Below are positions 19,454 to 28,190 of a DNA stretch of 64,000 bases, piece after piece. Position numbers and translations under genes: made by a program. The stretch spans positions 3,520,001 to 3,584,000 of the forward strand of contig OY969474.1 in NCBI GenBank assembly GCA_963700145.1, given 5' to 3'. This DNA is from an uncultured Acidobacteriota bacterium. Lineage in GTDB: Bacteria; Acidobacteriota; Thermoanaerobaculia; Multivoradales; UBA5704. The notes under the pieces were generated by a model. The model was not told where the DNA came from. It was given only the letters and a program-made list of their open reading frames with translations, and searched no databases. How positions within the stretch are numbered: position 1 is the stretch's first letter; each line of letters opens with the position of its first letter.

Positions 19454-20806
19454 TCAGCCGTGGGCGCGCGCGAGGATGGCGACGAACGAGCGGGTGGCGA
19501 GCGCTTCGCGCGGCAGGCCGGTGCGCGCCAGCACCTCCTCCTCGTCGAGGGCGCCGCAGCCGAGCGCGCGCAGGAAGTAGTTGAGGAGGCCCTGGCCGGT
19601 CGCGGCGTCGTCGAAGACGTCGCCGACCAGCGTCGCCTGCGCCGCCTTGGCGAGGAAGTTGCGCAGCCGCTCCGTCGCCGCCTCCAGGCCTTCGAGGAAG
19701 AAGGTGTAGACCGCGGCGTAGCGCACGGGGAGCTGCGCCGGGTGGAGGTCCCACCCCTGGTAGTAGCCCTGGACCAGCGAGCGGCGGACGTGACCGTAGT
19801 GCAAGCGCCAGGCAGCGTGGACGGCGCGGTGGTTCTCTTCGGTTTGCGCGTCGGTGAGCGCCTGGCCGTCGCGCGCTCGGTGCGGCGCCACCGGCAGCAC
19901 GTTCGTCGCGCCGTCGGAGAGCTCGACGCCGGAGCCGGCGAGCCCCACCTGCATGACGTGCTTGGCGAAGTCGCAGACCGGGTGGTCCATCGTCTGGTAG
20001 GCGGCGGTGATCTCGCACAGCGCGGTGTAGTCGTAGGTGCCGAAGTGGGCGGCGGCGCAGCGGCCGCCGGCGGCCTCGACCAGCCGGCGGACGTTGGCGC
20101 GCCCGTCGGCGTCGAGAATCGCCTGCGGCGTCTCGATCATCAGCTCGAGGCGGAGCGCGCCGGCGGCGAGGCCGAGACCGCGCTCGAGGCGCCCGAGGAG
20201 GTCGGCGAGCGCCGCGACCTGCTCCGGCGCTATCACCTTCGGCAGCGTCACGACGAAGCCGTCCGGCAGCCGCCCGCCGGTCGCGCGGCAGAGCGCCGTC
20301 GTGAAGAGGTCGAGGGTGCGCAGGCTGCGCGCCGCGAGCTCGGCCGAGAAGGGCTTGATGCGGATGCCGACGGCGGGCGGCAGCGTGCCGGCGGCGAGGC
20401 CGGCGGCGACCTCGCGCGCCGCGCTCGCGGCGTGGCCGTCCTCCTCCTCGTCGGGGCGGACGCCGTAGCCGTCCTCGAAGTCGATGCGGAAGTCCTCGAC
20501 CGGCTCGCGCTCGAGCTTCGCCGTGACGCGCGGGTAGACCGGCGCCATCAGCGCCGGCTCGACGCCGAGCGCCGCAGCGAAGCTCGCCGCGTCGGGCGCG
20601 TAGACCGAGAGCGCGCGCAGCGCCAGGGCACCGAGCTTCGCCGCGGAGTCGGCGGCGAAGAGGTGGGCGCCGCCGTAGACGGTGTGGACCGCCTGCCGCC
20701 GCCCCCCGGCGCCGGGGTACTGCCGCGCCAGGCCGCGGGCGACCTCGCCGAGCCGGGCGAGGACGTCGCCGGCGTCGCCGAGGGTCGTGGCCGGCGCCTC
20801 GCTCAC
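19454..20806 (-). CDS. Citrate-lyase-beta/malate-synthase-like (HpcH/HpaI, DUF6986-type) protein
   Basis: QAVHTVYGGA, EDFRIDFEDGYG, LPKV, MIETPQ, HFGTYDYTA, SDGATN and QGWDLHPAQ motifs. Confidence 0.75.
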   Translation of the reverse strand: MSEAPATTLGDAGDVLARLGEVARGLARQYPGAGGRRQAVHTVYGGAHLFAADSAAKLGALALRALSVYAPDAASFAAALGVEPALMAPVYPRVTAKLEREPVEDFRIDFEDGYGVRPDEEEDGHAASAAREVAAGLAAGTLPPAVGIRIKPFSAELAARSLRTLDLFTTALCRATGGRLPDGFVVTLPKVIAPEQVAALADLLGRLERGLGLAAGALRLELMIETPQAILDADGRANVRRLVEAAGGRCAAAHFGTYDYTALCEITAAYQTMDHPVCDFAKHVMQVGLAGSGVELSDGATNVLPVAPHRARDGQALTDAQTEENHRAVHAAWRLHYGHVRRSLVQGYYQGWDLHPAQLPVRYAAVYTFFLEGLEAATERLRNFLAKAAQATLVGDVFDDAATGQGLLNYFLRALGCGALDEEEVLARTGLPREALATRSFVAILARAHG

Positions 20807-21672
20807 ACCGCGCCTCCCGCGGCTCCCGCGGCTCCAAGATCGAGCAGCATGCGCCGCACCACCCGCCCCAGCGCGAAGCGGCGGTAGTCGGCGGTCGAGC
20901 GGACGTCGTCGATCGGCGCCACCTCGCCGGCCGCCGCGGCGGCCGCGCGCTCCGCGGTCTCGGCGCCGAGCGGCCGGCCGGCCGCCGCCGCTTCGGCGGC
21001 GCGGAGGCGCACCGGCACCGGCGCCACGCTCCCGGCCGCCAGGCGGATCTCTGCGATGGCACCGCCCTCGACCCGCGCCGCCAGCGCCACCACCACTTTG
21101 CTGATCGATTGCGCCTCGCGCGTCCCCACCTTGCGGAAGGCCTGCACCGTGCCCGGCGCCGGCCGCGGCAGGCGGACGCGGGCGACGATCTCGCCCGGCG
21201 CCAGCGCCGTCTTCCGGTAGCCAACGTGGAACTCGCCGTAGGGGAGCGTGCGGGTACCGGCGGGGCCGGCGAGGACGAGCGCCGCGTCGAGCACCAGGAG
21301 GACCGGCAGCGAGTCGCCGGCCGGGCTGGCGTTGGCGACGTTGCCGCCCAGGGTGGCGCGGTTCTGGATCTGCCAGCCGCCGACGACGCGCGCCGCCTCG
21401 GCGAGCGCCGGGAAGAGGTCGCGCACGAGCGGCGAGTCGCCGATGGCGCGGAAGGTCGTCGCGGCGCCGATCTCGACCGCGCCCTCGACCTCGCGGATGC
21501 CGGCGAGCTCGGGGATGCGCGTCAGGTCGAGCACGCGCTCCATCGCCAGCCGGCGCAGCGGGTCGTCCGCCATCAGGTCGGTGCAGCCGGCGATCGGTAC
21601 GAGCTCGGGGTCGGCGGCGAGCGCGGCGACCGCGGCGTCGAGCGAGCGCGGCGAGAGGGCGGCGTCGCTCAC
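20803..21672 (-). CDS. Xanthine dehydrogenase family FAD-binding subunit
   Basis: AGCTDL, IGAATT, QIQNRATLGGNVANASPAGD and PIDDVRSTADYR motifs; GTG start at 21672. Confidence 0.9.
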   Translation of the reverse strand: MSDAALSPRSLDAAVAALAADPELVPIAGCTDLMADDPLRRLAMERVLDLTRIPELAGIREVEGAVEIGAATTFRAIGDSPLVRDLFPALAEAARVVGGWQIQNRATLGGNVANASPAGDSLPVLLVLDAALVLAGPAGTRTLPYGEFHVGYRKTALAPGEIVARVRLPRPAPGTVQAFRKVGTREAQSISKVVVALAARVEGGAIAEIRLAAGSVAPVPVRLRAAEAAAAGRPLGAETAERAAAAAAGEVAPIDDVRSTADYRRFALGRVVRRMLLDLGAAGAAGGAV

Positions 21673-22154
21673 CGCGCGGCCTCCTCCGTCTCCTCGCCGC
21701 CCGCGTCCACCGCCAGCGCGCGCAGGATCCCCTCGTAGCCGGTGCAGCGGCAGAGGTTGCCGGCGAGGGCGTCGCGCACCGCCTCGACGTCCGGCCGCGC
21801 CTCGCGCTCGAGGAGCGCCCAGGCGGTGACGATGATCCCCGGCGTGCAGGCGCCGCACTGCACGCCGCCGGCGGCGACGAAGCGGTCGAGGAAGGCGCGC
21901 GCCCGCGGCGCGGCGGCGATCCCTTCGACCGTCTCGATCCGCCGCCCGTCGCACTGCGCGAGCGGCACCAGGCACGACAGCACCGGCTCGCCGTCCATGA
22001 GCACGGTGCAGGCGCCGCACTCCCCCTCGCCGCACCCTTCCTTCGTGCCGGTCAGCTCGAGCGACTCGCGCAGCACGTCGAGGAGGCGCGCCATCGGGTG
22101 CCCGGCGAGCGGGCGCTCCTCGCCGTTGAGGACGGCGCGGACGGTGACGCTCAC
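21669..22154 (-). CDS. Xanthine dehydrogenase family 2Fe-2S subunit
   Basis: GTKEGCGEGECGACTV, QCGACTPG and GNLCRCTGY motifs; GTG start at 22154. Confidence 0.92.
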   Translation of the reverse strand: MSVTVRAVLNGEERPLAGHPMARLLDVLRESLELTGTKEGCGEGECGACTVLMDGEPVLSCLVPLAQCDGRRIETVEGIAAAPRARAFLDRFVAAGGVQCGACTPGIIVTAWALLEREARPDVEAVRDALAGNLCRCTGYEGILRALAVDAGGEETEEAAR

Positions 22155-24442
22155 CCGCCCACCCGCCGCCCGTCGCGGTCGCGCTCGTAGAGCCGCTCGG
22201 GGGTGATCGGCAGCTCGTCGATGTCGAGGCCGGTGGCGTTCTCGACCGCCTGCGCCACCGCCGGCGCGCCGCCGTCCATCGGCAGCTCGCCCATCCCTTT
22301 GGCGCCGAACGGGCCGCCCGCCCACGGGCGCTCGAGCAGGTGGACGTCGATGCGCGGCGTGTCGCGCACCGTCGGGATGATGTAGGTGGCGAGGCGGTCG
22401 TTGAGGTAGCGCCCCTCGCTGAGCTTCACCTCTTCGAGCAGCGCCCAGCCGACGGCCTGCAGCGTCCCGCCCTCGACCTGGCCGGCGCAGAGGAGTGGGT
22501 GGATGGCGCGCCCGACCTCGCAGACGGCGGTGACGCGCACCGGGTGGACGGCGAAGGTGTCCGGGTCCACCTCCACCTCGGCGACGTCCGCGCCCCAGGA
22601 GAAGGTGGGGTAGGCGGCGCCCTGGTAGCGCTCGTCGTCGAACTGCTGCTCCTCCGGCGGCTCGTGGCGGACGACGACCTCGGCCGGCTCGCCCGCCGCG
22701 ACGTAGCGCGCCGCTGCCGCGCGGAAGGCGCCGGGCGTCTCGCCGCGCGCGGCGAGCCACTCGTCCACCCGCCGGCGCAGCTCGCCGACGGCGCTGGCGA
22801 TGGCGCCGCCGACGATCATCGTCGTGCGCGAGGCGACGGTCGGCCCGGAGTCGGGCACCTCGGCGGTGTCCGGCTCGGCGAAGACCAGGTCCTCCGGGCC
22901 GACGCCGGCGGCGGCGGCGGCGATCTGCGGGAAGACCGCGGCGCACCCCTGCCCCATGTCGGTCATCGCGGTGAGCACTTCGATGCGGCCGTCGGCGAGG
23001 AGACGCGCCGCGACCGGCGAGCGCATACGCCGCTCGCCGTTGCCGGTGAACCCGGCACCGTGGAAGTAGAGCGAGAGGCCGACGCCGCGCGCCGGCTTGC
23101 GCCCCTCGGCACCGTCGCCGAATCGGACACTGCCGTCGCCGAAGCGGACGCCGCGCTCGCGCTCGAGCTCCCGCCAGCGGGCGCTGAAGCCGGTCCGCCG
23201 CTCGACCTCTTCGAGGCAGAGTCGTCCGCCGGCGCTCTCGTCGAGCACCTGCCCGGTCGGCAGCTCGTCGCCCGGGCCGGCGACGTTGCGCGCGCGGATC
23301 GTGTACGGGTCGAGCCCGAGGGCGCGCGCCGCGCGGTCCATCTGCCGCTCCATCGCGAACTGCGTTTGCGGCGCGCCGAAGCCGCGGAAGGCGCTGTTGG
23401 GCGCCGTGTGGGTGGCCAGGACGCGGCCGCGCACCCGCACGTGCGGGCAGCGGTAGGGACCGCCGGCGTGGAGCGCGGCGCGCGACAGCACGACCGACGA
23501 GAGCGTGCGGTAGGCGCCGCCGTCGAGGAGGACCTCGACGTCGACCGCCGTCAGCGTGCCGTCGCGGCGGAGGCCGGTGCGGTGGCGCACCTCCGCGGGG
23601 TGGCGCTTGGTGGTGGCGACGATGTCCTCGTGCCGGTCGTAGGCCAGGCGCACCGGTCGGCCGGCGGCGCGCGCCAGGAGGGCGGCGTGCAGCGCGATGA
23701 GGCTCGGGTAGTCCTCCTTGCCGCCGAAGCCGCCGCCCACCACGGTGGCGCGCACGCGCACGCCGTCCGCTGGCAGCCCGAAGGCGTGGACCAGCGACTT
23801 GTGCACGTAGTACGGGCACTGCATCGAGCCGGCGGCGACGACGACGCCGTCCTCCTCCCAGGCGGTCATCGCCTGGCACTCGATGTAGATGTGCTCCTGG
23901 TGGCCGGTGCGGTAGGTGCCCTCGACGACGACGTCGGCCGCGGCGAGCGCCGCCTCGACGTCGCCGTAGGCGATCTCGACCGTGGCGAGCGGCGGCGCCT
24001 CGGCGGCCTCGGCCTCGGCCATCGTCAGCACCGCCGGCAGCGGCTCGTACTCGACCGTGAAGGCCGCGAGCGCCTGGCGCGCCGCGATGCGCGTCGGCGC
24101 CGCCACCAGTGCCACCGCCTCGCCGACGTGGCGCACGACGCCGTCGGCGAGGACCGGCCACTCGTCGTCGATGAGCTGGACGCCGTTGGGGCCGGGCAGG
24201 TCGCGCGCGGTGACCGCCACCGTTCCCGCGGGGGCCCGCGCCGGGTCGAAGCGCAGGGCGGCGATCCGCGCGTGGGCATGGGGGCTGCGCAGGGTGGCGC
24301 CGAACCAGAGGCCGGGGAGGACGAGGTCGTCGGCGAAGACCGCGGCGCCGGTCACCTTGGCGAGCCCGTCCGGCCGCGGCGGGCTGGTGCCGATCGGCCC
24401 CGGCCCGCTCCGCACCTCGCTCGTCGGTGTGTCCGTGCGCAA
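22151..24442 (-). CDS. Xanthine dehydrogenase family molybdopterin-binding subunit (PucD-like)
   Basis: GGGFGGK, AFRGFGAPQ, MGQG, SGPTVASR, GQVEGG and GAKGMGE Moco motifs. Confidence 0.92.
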   Translation of the reverse strand: MRTDTPTSEVRSGPGPIGTSPPRPDGLAKVTGAAVFADDLVLPGLWFGATLRSPHAHARIAALRFDPARAPAGTVAVTARDLPGPNGVQLIDDEWPVLADGVVRHVGEAVALVAAPTRIAARQALAAFTVEYEPLPAVLTMAEAEAAEAPPLATVEIAYGDVEAALAAADVVVEGTYRTGHQEHIYIECQAMTAWEEDGVVVAAGSMQCPYYVHKSLVHAFGLPADGVRVRATVVGGGFGGKEDYPSLIALHAALLARAAGRPVRLAYDRHEDIVATTKRHPAEVRHRTGLRRDGTLTAVDVEVLLDGGAYRTLSSVVLSRAALHAGGPYRCPHVRVRGRVLATHTAPNSAFRGFGAPQTQFAMERQMDRAARALGLDPYTIRARNVAGPGDELPTGQVLDESAGGRLCLEEVERRTGFSARWRELERERGVRFGDGSVRFGDGAEGRKPARGVGLSLYFHGAGFTGNGERRMRSPVAARLLADGRIEVLTAMTDMGQGCAAVFPQIAAAAAGVGPEDLVFAEPDTAEVPDSGPTVASRTTMIVGGAIASAVGELRRRVDEWLAARGETPGAFRAAAARYVAAGEPAEVVVRHEPPEEQQFDDERYQGAAYPTFSWGADVAEVEVDPDTFAVHPVRVTAVCEVGRAIHPLLCAGQVEGGTLQAVGWALLEEVKLSEGRYLNDRLATYIIPTVRDTPRIDVHLLERPWAGGPFGAKGMGELPMDGGAPAVAQAVENATGLDIDELPITPERLYERDRDGRRVGG

Positions 24443-24484
24443 GGCGGGGATTATAGCGGCGGGCTCCGCGCCCGCCGCGCCGCG

Positions 24485-25027
24485 TCAGCCGGCGGCCGGG
24501 GCGAGGAACTTGGCGCGGAACTTCGCCAGCTTGGGGCCGACCACCGCCCGGCAGTAGGGCTGGTTGGGGTTCTGCCGGAAGTAGTCCTGGTGGTAGTCCT
24601 CGGCCGGGTAGAACGTGTCGAGCGGCCGCACCTCGGTGACGATCGGGGCGTCGAAGAGCTGCTCTTCGGTGAGCTCGCGCACCAGCGCCTCGGCCGTGGC
24701 CTGCTGCTCGGGCGAGTGGGTGTAGATCGCCGACCGGTACTGCGTGCCGACGTCGCCCCCCTGGCGGTTCGGGGTCGTCGGGTCGTGGATGCCGAAGAAG
24801 ATCTGGAGCAGGCGCTTGTAGGAGACCTGCTCGGGATCGAAATGCACCTGCACCACCTCGGCGTGGCCGGTCGTGCCGGAGCAGACCTGCTGGTAAGTCG
24901 GGTTGGGGGCGTGCCCGCCGGCGTATCCGGACACCACCCGCTCCACCCCCGTCACCTCCTGATACACCGCCTCCAGGCACCAGAAGCACCCACCCGCGAG
25001 CGTCGCGACTTCGGTTCTCTTGGCCAT
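24485..25027 (-). CDS. msrA: Peptide-methionine (S)-S-oxide reductase
   Basis: AGGCFWC, GTTGHAEVV, HDPTT.NRQG.DVGTQYRS and AEDYHQDY motifs; ATG at 25027. Confidence 0.96.
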   Translation of the reverse strand: MAKRTEVATLAGGCFWCLEAVYQEVTGVERVVSGYAGGHAPNPTYQQVCSGTTGHAEVVQVHFDPEQVSYKRLLQIFFGIHDPTTPNRQGGDVGTQYRSAIYTHSPEQQATAEALVRELTEEQLFDAPIVTEVRPLDTFYPAEDYHQDYFRQNPNQPYCRAVVGPKLAKFRAKFLAPAAG

Positions 25028-25099
25028 GGTGCGGAGTGTACGCGCCCGGAGGGCGGGCGGTTCAAGCGGTCCGGGGATGCGGTATCCTGGGCCCCTGCC

Positions 25100-27016
25100 G
25101 TGAAGTCCGCCGTCCTGCTCTTCGTCCTGGCCGTTGCCGCGGTGCCGTCGACCGCCGGCGCGGAGCCGCGCTGGGAGCCGTTGCCGCTCTGGGGGGGCGT
25201 CGTCGAGGTCGCGGCGGCGTCGCACGGGCAGGGGCCGGTCTATGCCGCGACCGCCTCCGGGGAGCTCTACCGCTCGCGCGACGGCGGCCGTACCTGGGGG
25301 CTGGCCGGCCGCGGCCCCCGGGGTCTGCCGCTGCACGACCTCGCCATCGACCCTCACGACACGCGCCGGCTGTTCGCCGTCGCCCGCCGGTTCGACGTCA
25401 ACGAGGGCCTGGTCCGCAGCTTCGACGGCGGCAGGTCCTGGCGGCCCGCCGGACGCGCCTTCGCGCGCTTCGAGCTGAGCGGTCCGGTGGTCTTCGATCC
25501 GGCGGTCGCGGGGCGGGTCTACGCCGCGACCTGGGGCGGCCTCTACCGCAGCGTCGACGGCGGGGCGACCTGGCAGCTCCTCGCCTTTCCCGGCCTGATC
25601 GTCGAAGCGGTCGGCGTGGTGCCCGGCGCCGCGCCGGTGGTGCTCGCCTCGACCCGCGACCTGCGCACCGAGGCTTTCGCCATCCACCGCAGCCTCGACG
25701 GCGGCGCCACCTTCGTGACCGACGACGACGGCCGGGCGATCGGCTTCGCGGCCGATCCGAGCCGGCCGGGACGGGTCTACGGCTTCGAATATTCCGCGCT
25801 GGCGCGCAGCGACGACGCCGGCGCCACCTGGGTCGCCTTCACGCCCCACCCGCCGATCTACTTCGGCGCTCTCGCGGTGACGCAGGCCGGCACCGCCCTC
25901 GCCGGCAGCCTGCTCAATGGGGTCTGGCGCAGCCTCGACGGCGGCGCGACCTGGGCGATGGCGAGCGAGGACGGCCGCCCGCGGCCGTGGGACCCCGTGA
26001 GCTCGCTCGTGCCGCTCCCCGACGGCGTCGTCGCCGGCGGCGAGCGCGGCGTCTGGCGCGGCGGGCCGGAGGGCCTCGGCTGGCGGGCGTCGAGCGACGG
26101 CCTGCGCGCGCACGTGGTCACGCCCGTCGTGGTCGCCGGCGACTCGACGCTCTGGGCCGGCGTGCCCCGGAGCAGCGTCTTCCAGAGCGGCGACGGCGGC
26201 GCCAGCTTCCGCGCCGTCTTCCGCGGCCGTCCCGCCTACTTCAGGCGCCTCGCCGTACACGCCGGCGATCCCGCCGTGCTCTACGGCTGGGGAGGCGGCA
26301 GCCTGATCTCCAGGACGGACGACGGCGGGCGCTCCTGGCGAGCGCTCCGCTACCCGGGCGCCCAGCGCGAGTTCAAGGTGCTCGAGGTGGATCCGGTCGA
26401 TCCCGACGTCGTCTACGCCGGCGGCGCCTGGGAGCCGCACTCCTCGCCCTGCACCGCGGTGCGCAGCCGCGACGGCGGCGAGAGCTGGATCTGCTTCGGT
26501 CCGGGCCGCGCGATCTTCGACTTCGACTGGCTGGAGATCGACCCCCGCGACCGGCGCCGCCTCTACGCCGGCTTCAACGGCGTCCCCCACCGCAGCCGCG
26601 ACGGCGGGGACAGCTGGCAACCGCTGCCGGCGCGCGGGCTCCCGGGGCTCGTGTCGGCGCTGGCCGTCGATCCGCTGCTGCCGGGCCGCCTCTTCGCCGC
26701 CGCGGAGGGCGGGATCTTCCGCAGCGACGACGCCGGCGCCTCCTGGCGGCGGACGAGCCGCGGGCTGCCGCCGGGCGCCGGCGTCACCCAGCTCCTGATC
26801 GATGCCGACCGGCCCGATCGGCTTTACGCCCTGCTCTCGGACGCCGGCGGCGTCTTCACCACCGCCGACGGCGGCGAGACCTGGCGCGACCTCAGCGCCG
26901 GCCTGCCCGCCGGCGTCGCCCTCACCGAGCTGGCGCTCGACCCCCGCGACCCCGGGCGCCTGTACGCCGGGACCGAGGGCCGCGGGCTCTACCGCCTCGA
27001 TCTCGACCCGCGCTAA
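25100..27016 (+). CDS. Secreted BNR/Asp-box repeat beta-propeller protein
   Basis: GTG start at 25100, signal peptide, more than ten S.DGG.(T/S)W Asp-box repeats. Confidence 0.85.
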   Translation: MKSAVLLFVLAVAAVPSTAGAEPRWEPLPLWGGVVEVAAASHGQGPVYAATASGELYRSRDGGRTWGLAGRGPRGLPLHDLAIDPHDTRRLFAVARRFDVNEGLVRSFDGGRSWRPAGRAFARFELSGPVVFDPAVAGRVYAATWGGLYRSVDGGATWQLLAFPGLIVEAVGVVPGAAPVVLASTRDLRTEAFAIHRSLDGGATFVTDDDGRAIGFAADPSRPGRVYGFEYSALARSDDAGATWVAFTPHPPIYFGALAVTQAGTALAGSLLNGVWRSLDGGATWAMASEDGRPRPWDPVSSLVPLPDGVVAGGERGVWRGGPEGLGWRASSDGLRAHVVTPVVVAGDSTLWAGVPRSSVFQSGDGGASFRAVFRGRPAYFRRLAVHAGDPAVLYGWGGGSLISRTDDGGRSWRALRYPGAQREFKVLEVDPVDPDVVYAGGAWEPHSSPCTAVRSRDGGESWICFGPGRAIFDFDWLEIDPRDRRRLYAGFNGVPHRSRDGGDSWQPLPARGLPGLVSALAVDPLLPGRLFAAAEGGIFRSDDAGASWRRTSRGLPPGAGVTQLLIDADRPDRLYALLSDAGGVFTTADGGETWRDLSAGLPAGVALTELALDPRDPGRLYAGTEGRGLYRLDLDPR

Positions 27017-27060
27017 GCAGCCCCCCGCTTGCCTGACGGCGGTGTCCGTCACCGCCTTGC

Positions 27061-27109
27061 TTGACGCCCTTCATCGCCCGGTGGTACCGTTTTCATGAAA
27101 ACGTTTCCG
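27061..27109 (+). promoter_or_regulatory. Sigma70-like promoter overlapped by tandem LacI-family operators
   Basis: TTGACG (27061) and TG-n-TACCGT (27085); operator-like TGGTACCGTTTTCA (27082-27095) and TGAAAACGTTTCCG (27096-27109) upstream of the LacI gene. Confidence 0.7.
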
Positions 27110-27131
27110 CCTTGGCCTCGAAAGCCCAGCG

Positions 27132-28190
27132 ATGACCGTCTCGATCCGCGACGTGGCGCGCGAGGCGGGGGTTTCGGCGGCTACCATCTCGCGGGTCCTC
27201 AACGGCCACACGGCGGTGGCGGAAGAGACCCGCCGCCGGGTCGCCGAGGCCGTCGAGCGGCTCAACTACGTGCCGCACGGCGGCGCCCGCAGCCTCATCA
27301 CCCGGCGCACCGAGACCGTCGGCGTCCTCCTCCCCGACCTCTACGGCGAGTTCTTCTCCGAGCTGATCCGCGGCATCGACCAGACGGCGCGCCGGCGGGG
27401 CTACCACGTCCTCGTCTCGGGCGCCCACAGCGACGCCGCCGAGGTCGAGGCGGTGCTGCGCGCCCTGCGCGGCCGGGTGGACGGCCTGATCGTGATGTCG
27501 CCCGACGTCGACACCTCGCCCGCCCTGGCGCGCTATGGCGGGGCGCTGCCGATCGTGCTCCTCGACTCCGTCGCCGAGGGGATCGACCTCGACGCCATCA
27601 CCATCGACAACTACGGCGGCGCACGCTCCATGGTGCGCCACCTGTTGGGCCTCGGGCACCAGCGGATCGCCCTGCTCGGCGGCCCGGCGCACAACCGCGA
27701 CGCCCGCGAGCGCGCCCGCGGCTGGCGCGAGGCGCTGGCCGAGGCGGACCTGCCGGCGCCCGCGGAGCTGGTCTTTCCCGGCGACTTCAGCGAGGCCTCG
27801 GGACACGCCGCCGGCCGCTGGCTCGCCGAGCTGGCGCCGCGGCCCACCGCCGTCTTCGCCGCCAACGACGCGATGGCGGTCGGCTTCCTCTCCGCCCTGC
27901 GCGAGATCGGCCTCGCGGTGCCCGAGGACGTGGCGCTCGGCGGCTTCGACGACATCCCGATCTCCCGCTACCTGAGCCCGCCGTTGACCTCGGTGCGGGT
28001 GCCGATCGCCGAGCTCGGCAGCCGCGCCATGCAGCACGTCCTGTCGCTCCTCGAGAGCCGTGACGAAGCGGCCCCGCCCGCCGGCAGCCGGCGCGACGTG
28101 GTCGCCACGAAGCTGATCGTCCGCGCCTCCTGCGGCGCCCTCCGCGCGCGGACGCCAACCCCATCAACCGAATGGAGGCCAGAACGATGA
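27132..28190 (+). CDS. LacI-family transcriptional regulator
   Basis: SIRDVAREAGVSAATISRVLN HTH; AVFAANDAMAVG, GFDDI and PPLTSV motifs. Confidence 0.95.
   Translation: MTVSIRDVAREAGVSAATISRVLNGHTAVAEETRRRVAEAVERLNYVPHGGARSLITRRTETVGVLLPDLYGEFFSELIRGIDQTARRRGYHVLVSGAHSDAAEVEAVLRALRGRVDGLIVMSPDVDTSPALARYGGALPIVLLDSVAEGIDLDAITIDNYGGARSMVRHLLGLGHQRIALLGGPAHNRDARERARGWREALAEADLPAPAELVFPGDFSEASGHAAGRWLAELAPRPTAVFAANDAMAVGFLSALREIGLAVPEDVALGGFDDIPISRYLSPPLTSVRVPIAELGSRAMQHVLSLLESRDEAAPPAGSRRDVVATKLIVRASCGALRARTPTPSTEWRPER

Noticed and set aside
24485-25027. MsrA as a second selenoprotein
   Set aside because: The active site is encoded as ordinary Cys (GGCFWC) with no in-frame UGA.
25100-27016. Asp-box protein as a sialidase or GH74 member of the glucan operon
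   Set aside because: Only generic BNR repeats are visible, with no catalytic signature, and a separate promoter/operator lies between it and the LacI gene.
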